The notes under the pieces were generated by a model. It saw only the letters and a program-made list of their open reading frames with translations. It had not been told where the DNA came from and did not search any database. A program made the position numbers and the translations under genes. Of a DNA stretch of 64,000 nt, positions 30,125 through 39,582 are shown one piece after another (the stretch's first letter is position 1; each line of letters begins with the position of its first letter). The DNA comes from an uncultured delta proteobacterium. Its GTDB lineage: Bacteria; Desulfobacterota; Binatia; UBA9968. The DNA is taken from assembly GCA_963816145.1 (NCBI GenBank), contig CAWFJP010000005.1:160001-224000 (forward strand). The letters are read 5' to 3'.

Positions 30125-30718
30125 CTAGCCGTCCGCGGCTAGCGGAAGATCAGTGTAGATCGCGTCGGCGACGTAAACGCCGGCGCCGAATTCGTGAGTC
30201 ACCAATCTGCCGCTGCCGTTCAATGTTCCCAATCCCGCTTTGGCGGCCAGTGCGTCGGTGTCGGCATCGCGTGCCACCGTGGCGCGAAAGCCCAACTCGC
30301 GGATCCAAGAGCTCAATACAAAGGTGATGAACAAGCCGTTTTGCACCGGCATCTGTCCGCCAATGCCTATGGCTGCGCGTGGATCGTAGTCGGCGTGGAC
30401 GGCGCAGAGGACGGCGAACGGAAGATCATTGCCCTCATCCTTGCCCTCTCCCGCGAGCGGGCGAGGGGATATATTTTCGAGCTTGGCGATGCCGATGAGT
30501 TCCGCGCCGAAGTATTGCGCCATGCCTTTGACATGACTCGAGGTGATCTCGGGTGTGTGCAGTTCCGCCTTCGTCGGAAAGATATTTCCCGCCGGCGCGT
30601 TGCGGATCAACTCGATGACGGTGTTGGTGCGATCCGCCGGCGGTGTATTGACGAAAAAATCCCAGAAGGGATCGTTCTTGTGCGTGTCCTTGGCGGACCA
30701 GGGGAGTTTAAATGCCAC
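30125..30718 (-). CDS. Reductive-dehalogenase-like cobalamin-domain protein lacking Fe-S motifs
   Basis: HVKGMAQYFGAELIGI, WIRELGFRA, AAKAGLGTL...LVTHEFGA, TDLPL parallel the upstream RdhA; the protein ends before any CxxCxxC. Confidence 0.75.
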   Translation of the reverse strand: MAFKLPWSAKDTHKNDPFWDFFVNTPPADRTNTVIELIRNAPAGNIFPTKAELHTPEITSSHVKGMAQYFGAELIGIAKLENISPRPLAGEGKDEGNDLPFAVLCAVHADYDPRAAIGIGGQMPVQNGLFITFVLSSWIRELGFRATVARDADTDALAAKAGLGTLNGSGRLVTHEFGAGVYVADAIYTDLPLAADG

Positions 30719-32037
30719 TTAGGGTTCCCGTTTGACGAATCGATTGGTGTTTTCTTTGAGCGGCGCATAGTAGCCGACGCTGCCGGCAACCGCCTTGGCG
30801 CCGGCTTTCTCGTGTGATGCGTTGCAGCCGGCGACGGTGCAGGCATGCTCGCCGGGCTTGACGCCGGAGTCGTAGCCTAGCCAGGTCACTCGCGCATTGC
30901 GCACCAGGCCCCAGAATCGGTCGTCGATCCATTTCAGAAACTTCACCAGCACCGGGCGCAGGGCATAGGGGCAATAGTGCAACGCCGAGGTCGCCATGTT
31001 GTGCCACCAGGTTTTCGGTTTGGTGTAGGGACAGACGGCGGCGCAGGTGAGACAGCTGCCCCAGTGATCGTGGACATAGGGGCGCAGCTTGTAGCAGGTG
31101 AGCCAGTTGATCTTGTACTTCTCGATGCCGTTGTGGACGACCTTGTCGCCGACCGGGATGCTGTTGGTCGGGCAGGTGTTGGCGCATTTGCGGCAGACTT
31201 TGCAGAAATCGTCGACGCCGATGTCAATTGGCTCGTCACCCACCAGCGGCAGGTCGGTCATGATCGGGTCGGGCATATGCACGCGGGCGCCGTATTCCTT
31301 ACTGATGACCAGCCCGTTACGGCCGAGTTCGCCGACGCCTGAGGCCACGCCCACCGCTTGCGGCACCGCCACCCCGCGCAGCGCCGTATAGCCCAACTCT
31401 TTGATGTAGCCTTCGAGCGCCTTCAATATCATGTTGCCCTTGATTTGCGAGATGTGATAGGCGGCGTCGCCGATCAGATGGCGGTGTGCTTGCAACTTAT
31501 TGTAGTCCCATGCGGTGGTCGCCATGATGATGTAGGGAAATTTGCGCGCCATCTGCTCCGGCGTATGGGACGCGTAATCGTCCTTGGCGGTGCCGTCTTG
31601 GACATAGCGGCCGCCGCCGGCAGCATATAGATAATTTGGATGGGCCTTGGCGATCCGAACGATATCTGCGCCCATGTAGTGCGCCACAGCTTTGATGTGG
31701 CGCGCCATCGCGGCGGGATCGTTCACCGGAACTTTCTGCGGATTGATTTTGCCCTTGGCCGCTTGGTTGACCACCGTGCTCAAGAAATGTCTACGGTCGG
31801 CGAAATGGTTTGGCGCCGATACCCTGGTCAGTGGATCTTTGGATACTGTGTTGTGGTACCAATTGAACAATGGCTTGCCCAGTTCGCCGCGCTGGTTTTT
31901 CGGGTGCGGCGACTGATTCATGTCGACGTTTTCAAACTTGCCGACGACGCGCACCGTGCGGCCGAGGTAAGGCGGGGGAAACTCGCGCTGGTATTGCTGG
32001 TTTCCGGCGAAGGTTCTAGTTTTTCTGCCTTGGACAT
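30719..32037 (-). CDS. rdhA: Reductive dehalogenase (RdhA)-like cobalamin/2x[4Fe-4S] enzyme, no TAT signal; probable frameshift near 32000-32025
   Basis: IKAVAHYMGADIV, IKELGYTA, GVGELGRNGLVI, TDLPL..D.PID.G...FCKVCRKCANTCP, CX13CX2CX3CP. The GGAGGAG-preceded ATG at 32037 is one base out of frame with the body (ORF 30719..31954). Confidence 0.82.
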
Positions 32038-32061
32038 TTTCGCTCCTCCGGGTAACTGTTA

Positions 32062-32140
32062 AAGGATGAAGTAAGAAGGATGAGGGATGAAGTGAATCGG
32101 GATTTCTAAAATCATCCTTCCGCCTTCATTCTTCATCCTT
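32062..32140. repeat. Inverted pair of 7-nt-period GGATGAA/TTCATCC arms
   Basis: AAGGATGAAGTAAGAAGGATGAGGGATGAAG ... ATCATCCTTCCGCCTTCATTCTTCATCCTT. Confidence 0.72.
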
Positions 32141-32534
32141 GATACGCTGCCAGCGCCACTTCGGCGCATTTCTGATCCTGATCGTCGGTACCGCCCGAGA
32201 CCGCGATGGCGCCGACGACGTTGCCGCCTTCGACCACCGGGATGGCGCCGCCACCGGGCATGACCTTGCCGCTGCTCGATACCACCAGACTTTGAAACCA
32301 GGCTTGATTGGCCACGCCGGCTAAATCCTTCGTCTGCTGTTGGAAACTTGCCGCGGTGTAAGCTTTGTTGAGGGCGATCTCGACCGTGATCGGCCGCGCT
32401 TTGTCCATGCGTCCGAGAGCGATCATCCGTCCGCTCTGATCGACCACTGCTGCGGTCACGGCGATGTCCAACTGTGCTGCTTGGGTATGCGCATTGCGAA
32501 CCATCTGAATCGCTTTTTCTCCAGGAATAGCCAT
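32133..32534 (-). CDS. GlcG/HbpS family heme-binding protein
   Basis: AAVVDQSG, RMDKA, IALNKAYTAA, GGAIPV...GAIAVSGG..DQD motifs; GAGGAGG RBS. Confidence 0.92.
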   Translation of the reverse strand: MAIPGEKAIQMVRNAHTQAAQLDIAVTAAVVDQSGRMIALGRMDKARPITVEIALNKAYTAASFQQQTKDLAGVANQAWFQSLVVSSSGKVMPGGGAIPVVEGGNVVGAIAVSGGTDDQDQKCAEVALAAYQG

Positions 32535-32661
32535 TTTGTCGGCGAACCTCCTCGTTGCTGAGCTATAGTCTACTTTAGCAGCAAATGGGTATTGCCAGTC
32601 AAGGGGTAAGAATGACAGGGGTAAGAATGACAGTCGGTCACCGACGTATCATGTTTTTGCG

Positions 32662-32788
32662 GTGGTTGAGGGGGACTCCGGAAGCAAATCGGCTGCCTGC
32701 AGTCCCTGAGGCGGCGGGTGAGAGTGTAGCATGCTTAACGCCCGCGGAAGATTTAGACCCTTCGGTGCCTTTCTAATCCCTTGGCTGC
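32662..32788 (+). ncRNA. Candidate structured RNA (four-way junction), family unassigned
   Basis: Stems found by eye: 32662-71/32779-88, 32672-77/32701-06, 32714-20/32739-45, 32750-57/32772-78; many G-U pairs favour the + strand. Confidence 0.35.
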
Positions 32789-32854
32789 GTCGAGTTGCGC
32801 ATTTCAATCGATCTAGTTTAAGGTCGGTACCGTTGGACAAACGGAAATATTTGT

Positions 32855-33589
32855 ATGGGTAGACTCGACGGACAGGTTGCGATCGTCACCGGCGGTAGCC
32901 GCGGCATTGGCCGGGCCGTGGCACTGGCTTTTGCGCAGGACGGGGCGCGGGTGGCGATTACGGCGGCGCACGACCGCGACGCGCTTGAGAAAGCCGAGCG
33001 AGAAATCGCCGCGCTGGGAAGCGGCTGTATCGCGATGATGGCTGACGTGGCGCGCCGCGGCGATATCGACAGGCTCGTGCAAGCGATTCTCGCCAGGTGG
33101 GGGCGCATCGATGTGTTGGTGAACAACGCCGGTATCCTACGTCTGGCGCCGCTGGAAGATATCACGGAAGAACGCTGGGACGAGACGCTGGGCGTGCATT
33201 TGAAAGGGACGTTTAACTGCACTCAAGCGGTGATCCCGATCATGAAACAGCAGAAGAAGGGTAAAATCATCAACATCGCGGCGCCTTCGGCCCTGCGTGG
33301 TTCTTACGGGGTCGCCGACTACGCGGCCGCCAAAGGCGGCATCGTCGCGCTGACCAAGAACGCCGCCAATGAACTTCAGTCTTTTAACATTCAAGTCAAC
33401 TGCATCTCGCCGGTGGCCGATACGCGCATGACCGAAGAGCTGACCAGATTTCGCCGCGAGCAGTTGGGCATCGCCCGGCGCGACCGCGAAGCGGTGCCGC
33501 CGGAAGCGATCGCGCCAGCCTTTTTGTTTTTTGCCAGCAGCGATTCCGATTATGTATCGGGGCAGTTGTTGGAAGTGGGGCGGACGTGA
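32855..33589 (+). CDS. SDR family oxidoreductase (FabG-like)
   Basis: TGGSRGIG, NNAGI, YAAAKGG, VNCISP motifs. Confidence 0.93.
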   Translation: MGRLDGQVAIVTGGSRGIGRAVALAFAQDGARVAITAAHDRDALEKAEREIAALGSGCIAMMADVARRGDIDRLVQAILARWGRIDVLVNNAGILRLAPLEDITEERWDETLGVHLKGTFNCTQAVIPIMKQQKKGKIINIAAPSALRGSYGVADYAAAKGGIVALTKNAANELQSFNIQVNCISPVADTRMTEELTRFRREQLGIARRDREAVPPEAIAPAFLFFASSDSDYVSGQLLEVGRT

Positions 33590-33762
33590 AAATTGAGAAT
33601 TGAGAATGGATAATTTCGGACAACGTCGAAGACTCGATTGCAGAAAACATTCTAGTTTGGAGGAGCGTGGTAATGACTAGGTTAGGTGGCACGGTTGGTT
33701 CAAGAGTTCAAAAGTTCAAGATTCGCGCTTTGACGTAGCTTGATCAGGCTGTTGCCGCTGGC

Positions 33763-35016
33763 CTACTTCTTCACGCTCACCCGCCAGACTTTATTGCTAC
33801 CGTCGTCGCTGACCAGCAGCGAACCGTCGCTCCAGACGGCGACGCCGACCGGGCGGCCGTAGACTTCGTTGGATTTTGGGTTGGGTAAGAAGCCGGTGAG
33901 GAAGTCTTCCATGGCGCCGCTGGGTTTGCCGTCAGCGAACGGTAAAAATACAACCTTGTAACCGACCAGGCTCGATCGATTCCATGAGCCGTGCAGACCG
34001 ATGAAGGCGCCGCCGTGGTAGCGCGCCGGAAATGAGTTGCCGTTGTAAAATACCAGCCCCAACGGCGCGACATGGGAGCCTAAGGCGAAGTCGGGCTTGA
34101 TCGCTTTGGCGACGAGATCGGGGCGTTGGCCTTTCTTGCGCGGATCTTCGTTCTGGCCAAAGTATGAGTAGGGCCAGCCGTAAAAGGCGCCGTCTTTTAC
34201 GCTGGTGAGATAGTCGGGCACCAGCTCGTCGCCGAGCATGTCGCGTTCGTTGACGACGGTCCAGAGCTGTTTAGTTTTCGGCTGCCAATCCAATCCCACC
34301 GGGTTTCTCAGACCGCCGGCGAATACGCGCATGGCGCTGCCGTCGAGGTTGGTTTGCAAGATGGCGGCGCGGCGATTGTCCTTGGCGTCGGTCATATCTT
34401 CATCGATGTTGCTCGTCGAGCCGACGCTGACGTACAGCTTCTTTCCTTCAGCATCGAGTAAGATATTTCGCGTATAGTGGCCACCGCCGGGCAAGTCGAG
34501 AATCTTTTCGCCCTGGCGGAAGATCTTGGTGTCACCGTTGCGATAGGGAAAGACCACCACACCGTCGGTGTTGCCGACATAAAAGCGGTTGCCATGCAGC
34601 GCCATGCCGAAGGCGCCGTTCAAATTGTCGATGAATACTTCGCGGCGATCGGGTTTGCCATCTTTGTTGTCGTCGCGCAGCAGGATGATGCGGCTCGATC
34701 CCTGGCGGCGCTGGGATTCGATCACCAGGACATCGCCATTGGGTAATGGGTAAATCGTCCGCGGGTTTTCTAGCTCGTCGGCGAACAAATCGACTTCGAA
34801 GCCCGCTGGGGCGGTGGGCAGTTTCCCCCGGGGCCAGGCGACGATGCGTGACATATTGGCGACGCCCCGGGTGGCGTAGGGCGGCGGCAGGACGATCTTA
34901 TCGGCGGGGCCGCTTTCGATGACGCGCGCCGGCTCCGCGGCATTCGTTGCGGCGACGGATCTCAAGATTAGGGAAGCCGCAAAGAACGCAAAGTTCACGA
35001 AGCGAACAATGAACAT
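33763..35016 (-). CDS. Sorbosone dehydrogenase family (PQQ-type beta-propeller) protein
   Basis: GLRNPVG, WTVVNERD.LGD..VPDY, FYGWPY, HGSWNR, GRPVGV motifs. Confidence 0.92.
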   Translation of the reverse strand: MFIVRFVNFAFFAASLILRSVAATNAAEPARVIESGPADKIVLPPPYATRGVANMSRIVAWPRGKLPTAPAGFEVDLFADELENPRTIYPLPNGDVLVIESQRRQGSSRIILLRDDNKDGKPDRREVFIDNLNGAFGMALHGNRFYVGNTDGVVVFPYRNGDTKIFRQGEKILDLPGGGHYTRNILLDAEGKKLYVSVGSTSNIDEDMTDAKDNRRAAILQTNLDGSAMRVFAGGLRNPVGLDWQPKTKQLWTVVNERDMLGDELVPDYLTSVKDGAFYGWPYSYFGQNEDPRKKGQRPDLVAKAIKPDFALGSHVAPLGLVFYNGNSFPARYHGGAFIGLHGSWNRSSLVGYKVVFLPFADGKPSGAMEDFLTGFLPNPKSNEVYGRPVGVAVWSDGSLLVSDDGSNKVWRVSVKK

Positions 35017-35112
35017 TTCCTTGCTCTGCGATCTCTGTATTACTATTGCTTACAATTTGCGCGGTATGCGCAAATGACCTGGAATTTGAAGCTACTCGGA
35101 TTCGGAAACGTT

Positions 35113-35220
35113 TCCCGCCAAGGCGCAAAGACGCCAAGTTCGGATGAAAAAAATAATAATTCTTTCAAATTATTTTTATTCCTGTTCTCCGATCTTTGCG
35201 ACCTTGGCGTCTTTGCGGGA
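35113..35220. repeat. Inverted pair of 9-nt-period CGCAAAG/CGCCAAG arms
   Basis: TCCCGCCAAGGCGCAAAGACGCCAAG ... CTTTGCGACCTTGGCGTCTTTGCGGGA flank an AT-rich spacer. Confidence 0.82.
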
Positions 35221-35290
35221 GATATTCCGAGCCTCGGTTGCGGCTTCGCCGCGCCGTGCACTCTGTGGTGAAATATCTTTCCCGCGTCGG

Positions 35291-36574
35291 TCATTTTTTC
35301 GCCGTGACGCGCCAGACTTTGCCGCCGCTGTCGTCAGCGACGAGTAGCGAACCGTCGGGCAAAACGGTGACGCCGACGGGCCGGCCGTAGGCTTCGAACT
35401 TGCTTTCGTCGGCGATGAAGCCGGTGAGGATATCTTCAATGGGTCCGGCCGGCTTGCCGTTGGCGAACGGAACGAAGGCGAGCTTGTAGCCGACCATCTT
35501 TGAGCGGTTCCACGAGCCGTGCATGCCGATGAAGGCGCCGCCGTGATAGCGTTCGGGAAACATTTTGCCGTTGTAGAAAGCCAAACCGAGTGACGCGGTG
35601 TGCGAGCCCAGGGCGTAATCGGGTTTGATCGCTTTGGCGACGAGATCGGAGCGTTGGCCTTTCTTGCGCGGGTCTTCGTTCTGGCCGAAGTAAGAGTATG
35701 GCCAGCCGTAAAAAGCGCCGTCTATTACGCTGGTGAGATAGTCCGGCACCAGATCGTCGCCGAGCAGGTCGCGCTCATTTACCACGGTCCAGAGAGTTTT
35801 GGTTGTAGGCTCCCAGTCCATGCCAACGGGATTGCGCAGCCCTCTGGCAAAGATACGCATGCCACTGCCGTCGGGATTGATTTCGATAATGCCGGCGCGC
35901 CGCTGGTCTTTCTCCCAAACATTTTCTTCATCGACGTTGGAGGCCGAGCCGATGGCGACATAAAGTTTTTTGCCGGACGGATCGGCGCTGAGCGTGCGGG
36001 TGTGATGGCCGCCGGCCGGCAGGTCGAGAATCTTTTCGCCCTTGCCGTCGATCTTGGTCTGGCCGGCGCGATAGGGATAGCGCATGACGCTGTCGGTGTT
36101 GCCGACATAGAACCAATTGCCGAGCAGCAGCATGCCCTCGGGCATGTTCAATCCTGTAAGAAAGGTCTCGCGCAGGTCCGGCGTGCCATCGTTGTTGGTG
36201 TCGCGGAACAGCGTGATCCGATTGGCCGATTTTTCCGGCCGATCAGCGCGGCCGGGCCACTCGCGAATGGATTCCACCACGAGGACGTCTTTATTTGGCA
36301 AGACATAGGTCTGCCGCGGATTGGCGAGCTTATCGGCGAACAGGCTGACCGCGAAGCCCGGCGCGGCTTTGGGCGTCTTGCCCTGGGGCCAGCCGATGAC
36401 TTTAGATTGGTTGCGCGCGGACGGCGTCGCGAAGGGCGCTGGCAGTTGGAGTTTGTCGGCGGGGCCAGTGCCGGGGGCATAGCGGTGCGAAACATCGTCG
36501 GTCACCGTGGCGCAGGAACATGCCAAGGCGACACCGGCGGCGATGGCAATGCGATTTATATTAAGATTCGACAT
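35291..36574 (-). CDS. Sorbosone dehydrogenase family protein (tandem paralog, probable lipoprotein)
   Basis: Same motifs as 33763..35016; N-terminal LACSC lipobox-like sequence. Confidence 0.92.
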   Translation of the reverse strand: MSNLNINRIAIAAGVALACSCATVTDDVSHRYAPGTGPADKLQLPAPFATPSARNQSKVIGWPQGKTPKAAPGFAVSLFADKLANPRQTYVLPNKDVLVVESIREWPGRADRPEKSANRITLFRDTNNDGTPDLRETFLTGLNMPEGMLLLGNWFYVGNTDSVMRYPYRAGQTKIDGKGEKILDLPAGGHHTRTLSADPSGKKLYVAIGSASNVDEENVWEKDQRRAGIIEINPDGSGMRIFARGLRNPVGMDWEPTTKTLWTVVNERDLLGDDLVPDYLTSVIDGAFYGWPYSYFGQNEDPRKKGQRSDLVAKAIKPDYALGSHTASLGLAFYNGKMFPERYHGGAFIGMHGSWNRSKMVGYKLAFVPFANGKPAGPIEDILTGFIADESKFEAYGRPVGVTVLPDGSLLVADDSGGKVWRVTAKK

Positions 36575-36727
36575 CGAATTGGGCCTCCGATGGTTTAGCT
36601 TTCCGGCTCTCCGCCAGCGATCGATGCTGCGACTATATACAAACTGCCCGCCGCGCGAAAGCCAGAATCTGCAGGTTGTGCGCAGGCATCGTCCGTTCTA
36701 AGATCGGCGCGTTCTGAAGGAGGTTGG

Positions 36728-38155
36728 ATGCATTATCGTGATCTGCGCGGGTGGCTTGAGGGCGTGGAGTCGTTTGGCGAGTTGCGCGTCGTCGAGGGGG
36801 CCGATTGGAATCAGGAGATCGGCGCGGTCGCCGAAGTGGCGGCGCAGTCCAATCCGCCGCCGGCGGTGCTGTTCGACAAGATCAAGGACTATCCTGCGGG
36901 CCGGCGGGTGCTCACCGGAATTCACAATCCGACGCTCAAGCGCCAGTGTCTGACCAATCATCTGCCGCTCGACTACAGCCGCGATCAGTTCATCGACGCT
37001 TGGAAAAAACGCCTCGATCATCCGGCCCTGTTGCCGCCTCGGGTCGTCGATAGCGGCCCTGTGCTCGAAAATGTTTTCGAAGGCAAGGATATCGATTTGT
37101 TGTCCCTGCCGGTGCCGTGGTGGCACGAAGGCGACGGCGGCCGCTATATCGGCTCCATGGATACGACGATCAGCCGCGACCCCGACGAAGGTTGGATCAA
37201 TGTCGGCTGCTACCGGGTCATGGTGCATGACAAAGACACGCTGGCGCTCTACATATCGCCGGGACATCATGGCCATATTCACCGGCAAAAATATTTCGAC
37301 AAGGGCCAGCCGTTTCCCGTCGCGATCAGCTTCGGCCCCGATCCGCTGCTGTGGTTCTTCGGCCAGATGGAGATCCCGGCGGGTGAGTCCGAATTCGACT
37401 ACGCCGGTGGCGTGCGCGGCGAGCCCTATGAAGTGATCTTGGGCAAACACACTGGACTGCCGATCCCGGCCTATTCGGAGATCGTCATCGAGGGCGAAGT
37501 GTTGCCCGGCACGAAGATTCCCGAAGGGCCGTTCGGCGAGTTCACCGGCTATTATGCCGGCGGACTGCGCTCCGAGCCGATGTTGAAAGTGAAGCGGCTC
37601 ATGTACCGCAACGATCCGATCATGACCGGTGCGCCGCCCTTCAAACCGGCACCAGGCGCGGAGAATAACTTGATCCGCGCCGCGTATATCTGGAACTACC
37701 TCGACAAGGCCGGCGTGCCGGATGTGCGTAGCGTGGCATATCACCAAACGAGATTGCTGGTAGCTCTGTCGATCAAGCAGCGCTATCCCGGCCACGCGCG
37801 CCAAGCGGCGTTGATCGCTTCGCAATGCCGCGCCGCGGCGTTGTTGACGCGCTACGTCATGGTGGTCGACGACGACATCGATATCTGGGACAGCAACGAA
37901 CTCCTGTGGGCGCTGTGCACGCGCACCGACCCGGCGAAAGATATCGACATCCTGCGGCGTTGCTGGAGCAATCCCATCGATCCAATTATCCCGCCGAGCG
38001 AGCGCGGCTTTCAGTCTCGCGGCATCATCGACGCCTGCCGGCCCTATGAATGGATCAATGAATTTCCCAAAGTCTCGGGCGCAAGCAAAGAATTGAAAGA
38101 AAAGGTGACGAAGAAGTTCGCCGCGAGCCTGGCGGGAAAGACCAAAGAGATTTAA
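36728..38155 (+). CDS. UbiD family (prFMN-dependent) decarboxylase
   Basis: DLRGWL, DGGRYI, NVGCYR, EIVIEG, EGPFGEFTGYY, VVDDDID motifs. Confidence 0.93.
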   Translation: MHYRDLRGWLEGVESFGELRVVEGADWNQEIGAVAEVAAQSNPPPAVLFDKIKDYPAGRRVLTGIHNPTLKRQCLTNHLPLDYSRDQFIDAWKKRLDHPALLPPRVVDSGPVLENVFEGKDIDLLSLPVPWWHEGDGGRYIGSMDTTISRDPDEGWINVGCYRVMVHDKDTLALYISPGHHGHIHRQKYFDKGQPFPVAISFGPDPLLWFFGQMEIPAGESEFDYAGGVRGEPYEVILGKHTGLPIPAYSEIVIEGEVLPGTKIPEGPFGEFTGYYAGGLRSEPMLKVKRLMYRNDPIMTGAPPFKPAPGAENNLIRAAYIWNYLDKAGVPDVRSVAYHQTRLLVALSIKQRYPGHARQAALIASQCRAAALLTRYVMVVDDDIDIWDSNELLWALCTRTDPAKDIDILRRCWSNPIDPIIPPSERGFQSRGIIDACRPYEWINEFPKVSGASKELKEKVTKKFAASLAGKTKEI

Positions 38156-38287
38156 CCACAAAGAGACTAGGGCGGCACAAATGTTAAGAAGGCCGGAAGC
38201 GGATGATTAACTGCAAAGTAATTCATGTACCAATCGGTACAACACAGCAAATGAAAATGAGCTGCCCACGTTCAAAGCAACGACGGA

Positions 38288-38536
38288 AAATCCCCCAATG
38301 GCCCCCTTTGCCAAAGGGGGCGGGCCGAAGGACCGGGGGATTTCTGCCTCTAATCGGCATTTGCATAAGAGAACGCAAAGGGCGCAAAATATTCCAAGTG
38401 AAATTCCGGACGTAGGGGCAACCCCCCGTGGTTGCCCTTTCCGATAACGGATGTACTGGCAGTGACCTCATAGCTGATGGGAATGTAATTATGATTATCA
38501 GTGGCAGGCATGTAGGGGCGACCGGCTGGTCGCCCT
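38288..38536. repeat. Cluster of REP-like palindromes
   Basis: AAATCCCCC..CCCCCTTTGCCAAAGGGGG..GGGGGATTT (38288-38343); GTAG-type REPs at 38412-38438 and 38512-38536. Confidence 0.75.
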
Positions 38537-38549
38537 CAGATTCGGCAAA

Positions 38550-39510
38550 ATGCGCATCGGTATCGTTGCTGTTGGTTCTTCTGCTCGGCCTCACACCACA
38601 ACTGCATGCCCAGCAGGACAAGAAGCCGTCTCGAAAAAGTCCGGCTGGCGGTGGCGGCGAAGGCGTTGACGTTGTTGCCGTACTATTTTGGCAAGTCGAA
38701 GGGATTGTTCGAGCGGGACGGGATCGATTTGGAAATTATCGCCATGCGGCCGCCGGTGGGCGTTACGGCGCTGCAAGCGGGCGAAGTCGATTACGGCGGA
38801 TCTACTGGAGTAGCGCTGCGCGGCGCGATCAAAGGATTACCGCTCAAGGCCTATATGTTCATCCAGACGCGCTTGAGCTTCACGCTGGTGGGCCAGCCGG
38901 GCATGACGCCGGCGCGCATGCGCAACATCGCCGTTAGCGGCATCGGCTCGCTGGCGCATACGGCGGCGATCACTGTGGCGCGGCGGCTGGGCCGGGACGG
39001 GCCCAACGACAGGATCGTTTACCTCGCCACCAACACGACGCCGAGCAGTTTCCAATCGCTCATGGCGAAAGCCGTCGACGCGGCGATCTTGACGCCGCCA
39101 TACACCTCGATGGCGACCTTGGCGGGTTACGTCGATCTCGGCGATACCTTCGATGTGCGCGACTTGCAGGGCGGCATCGTCGGGCGAGTGAGTCATGTGC
39201 AAAATCACCGCGAGCAGATGAAAGGGATGATCCGCGCCGTCTTGCGCAGCACCGAGCTGATTCAAAAAAACGAAGCTGAGGTCGTCGCTTACATTCAAAA
39301 AGATTTCAGCCTGGAACAGAAAGTGGCCGTCGATAGCTACAAGATCCTGCTCAAGGTTCTTAACCCCGACGGCGACATCGACGACGCGACTTTGAAATCG
39401 ATCATCGATAAGATTCGCCAGGAGTCCGGTCTTGCGGCGGAGATTCCGTTGGATCGCTTGGTCGATCTAACTTGTTGCGTGAAGTCAAAGCGGAGTTGAG
39501 AAAGAGATAA
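38550..39510 (+). CDS. NMT1/THI5-type ABC substrate-binding protein with about three frameshifts
   Basis: Body in ORF 38606..39499; signal peptide (LLLVLLLGLTPQLHAQQ) and C-terminus (LLREVKAELRKR) lie in neighbouring frames. Confidence 0.72.
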
Positions 39511-39582
39511 CCGCCAAGTTGCGAGAAGGGCAATCGCCTAGTAAGCTCGCGGCGTTAAATACCAATCTAAGGGAGGTCCCTA

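Noticed and set aside
30719-32037. Epoxyqueuosine reductase QueG
   Set aside because: It lacks the QueG YA.G.DYH motif and has the RdhA-type IK..A...GAD.V.I and D.PID.G...FC..C.KCA..CP motifs; a phylogeny is still needed.
32585-32602. Sigma54 promoter (minus strand TGGCAATACCCATTTGC) upstream of glcG
   Set aside because: The GG-to-GC spacing is 12 nt instead of the required 10.
32535-32854. Cobalamin riboswitch upstream of the rdhA operon; also glycine, SAM, 6S, SRP or hammerhead identity
   Set aside because: No GGGAA..GGTG.AA.TCC / GCCCCCGC.ACTGT / AG.CAG B12-box on either strand; only isolated short matches to the other families.
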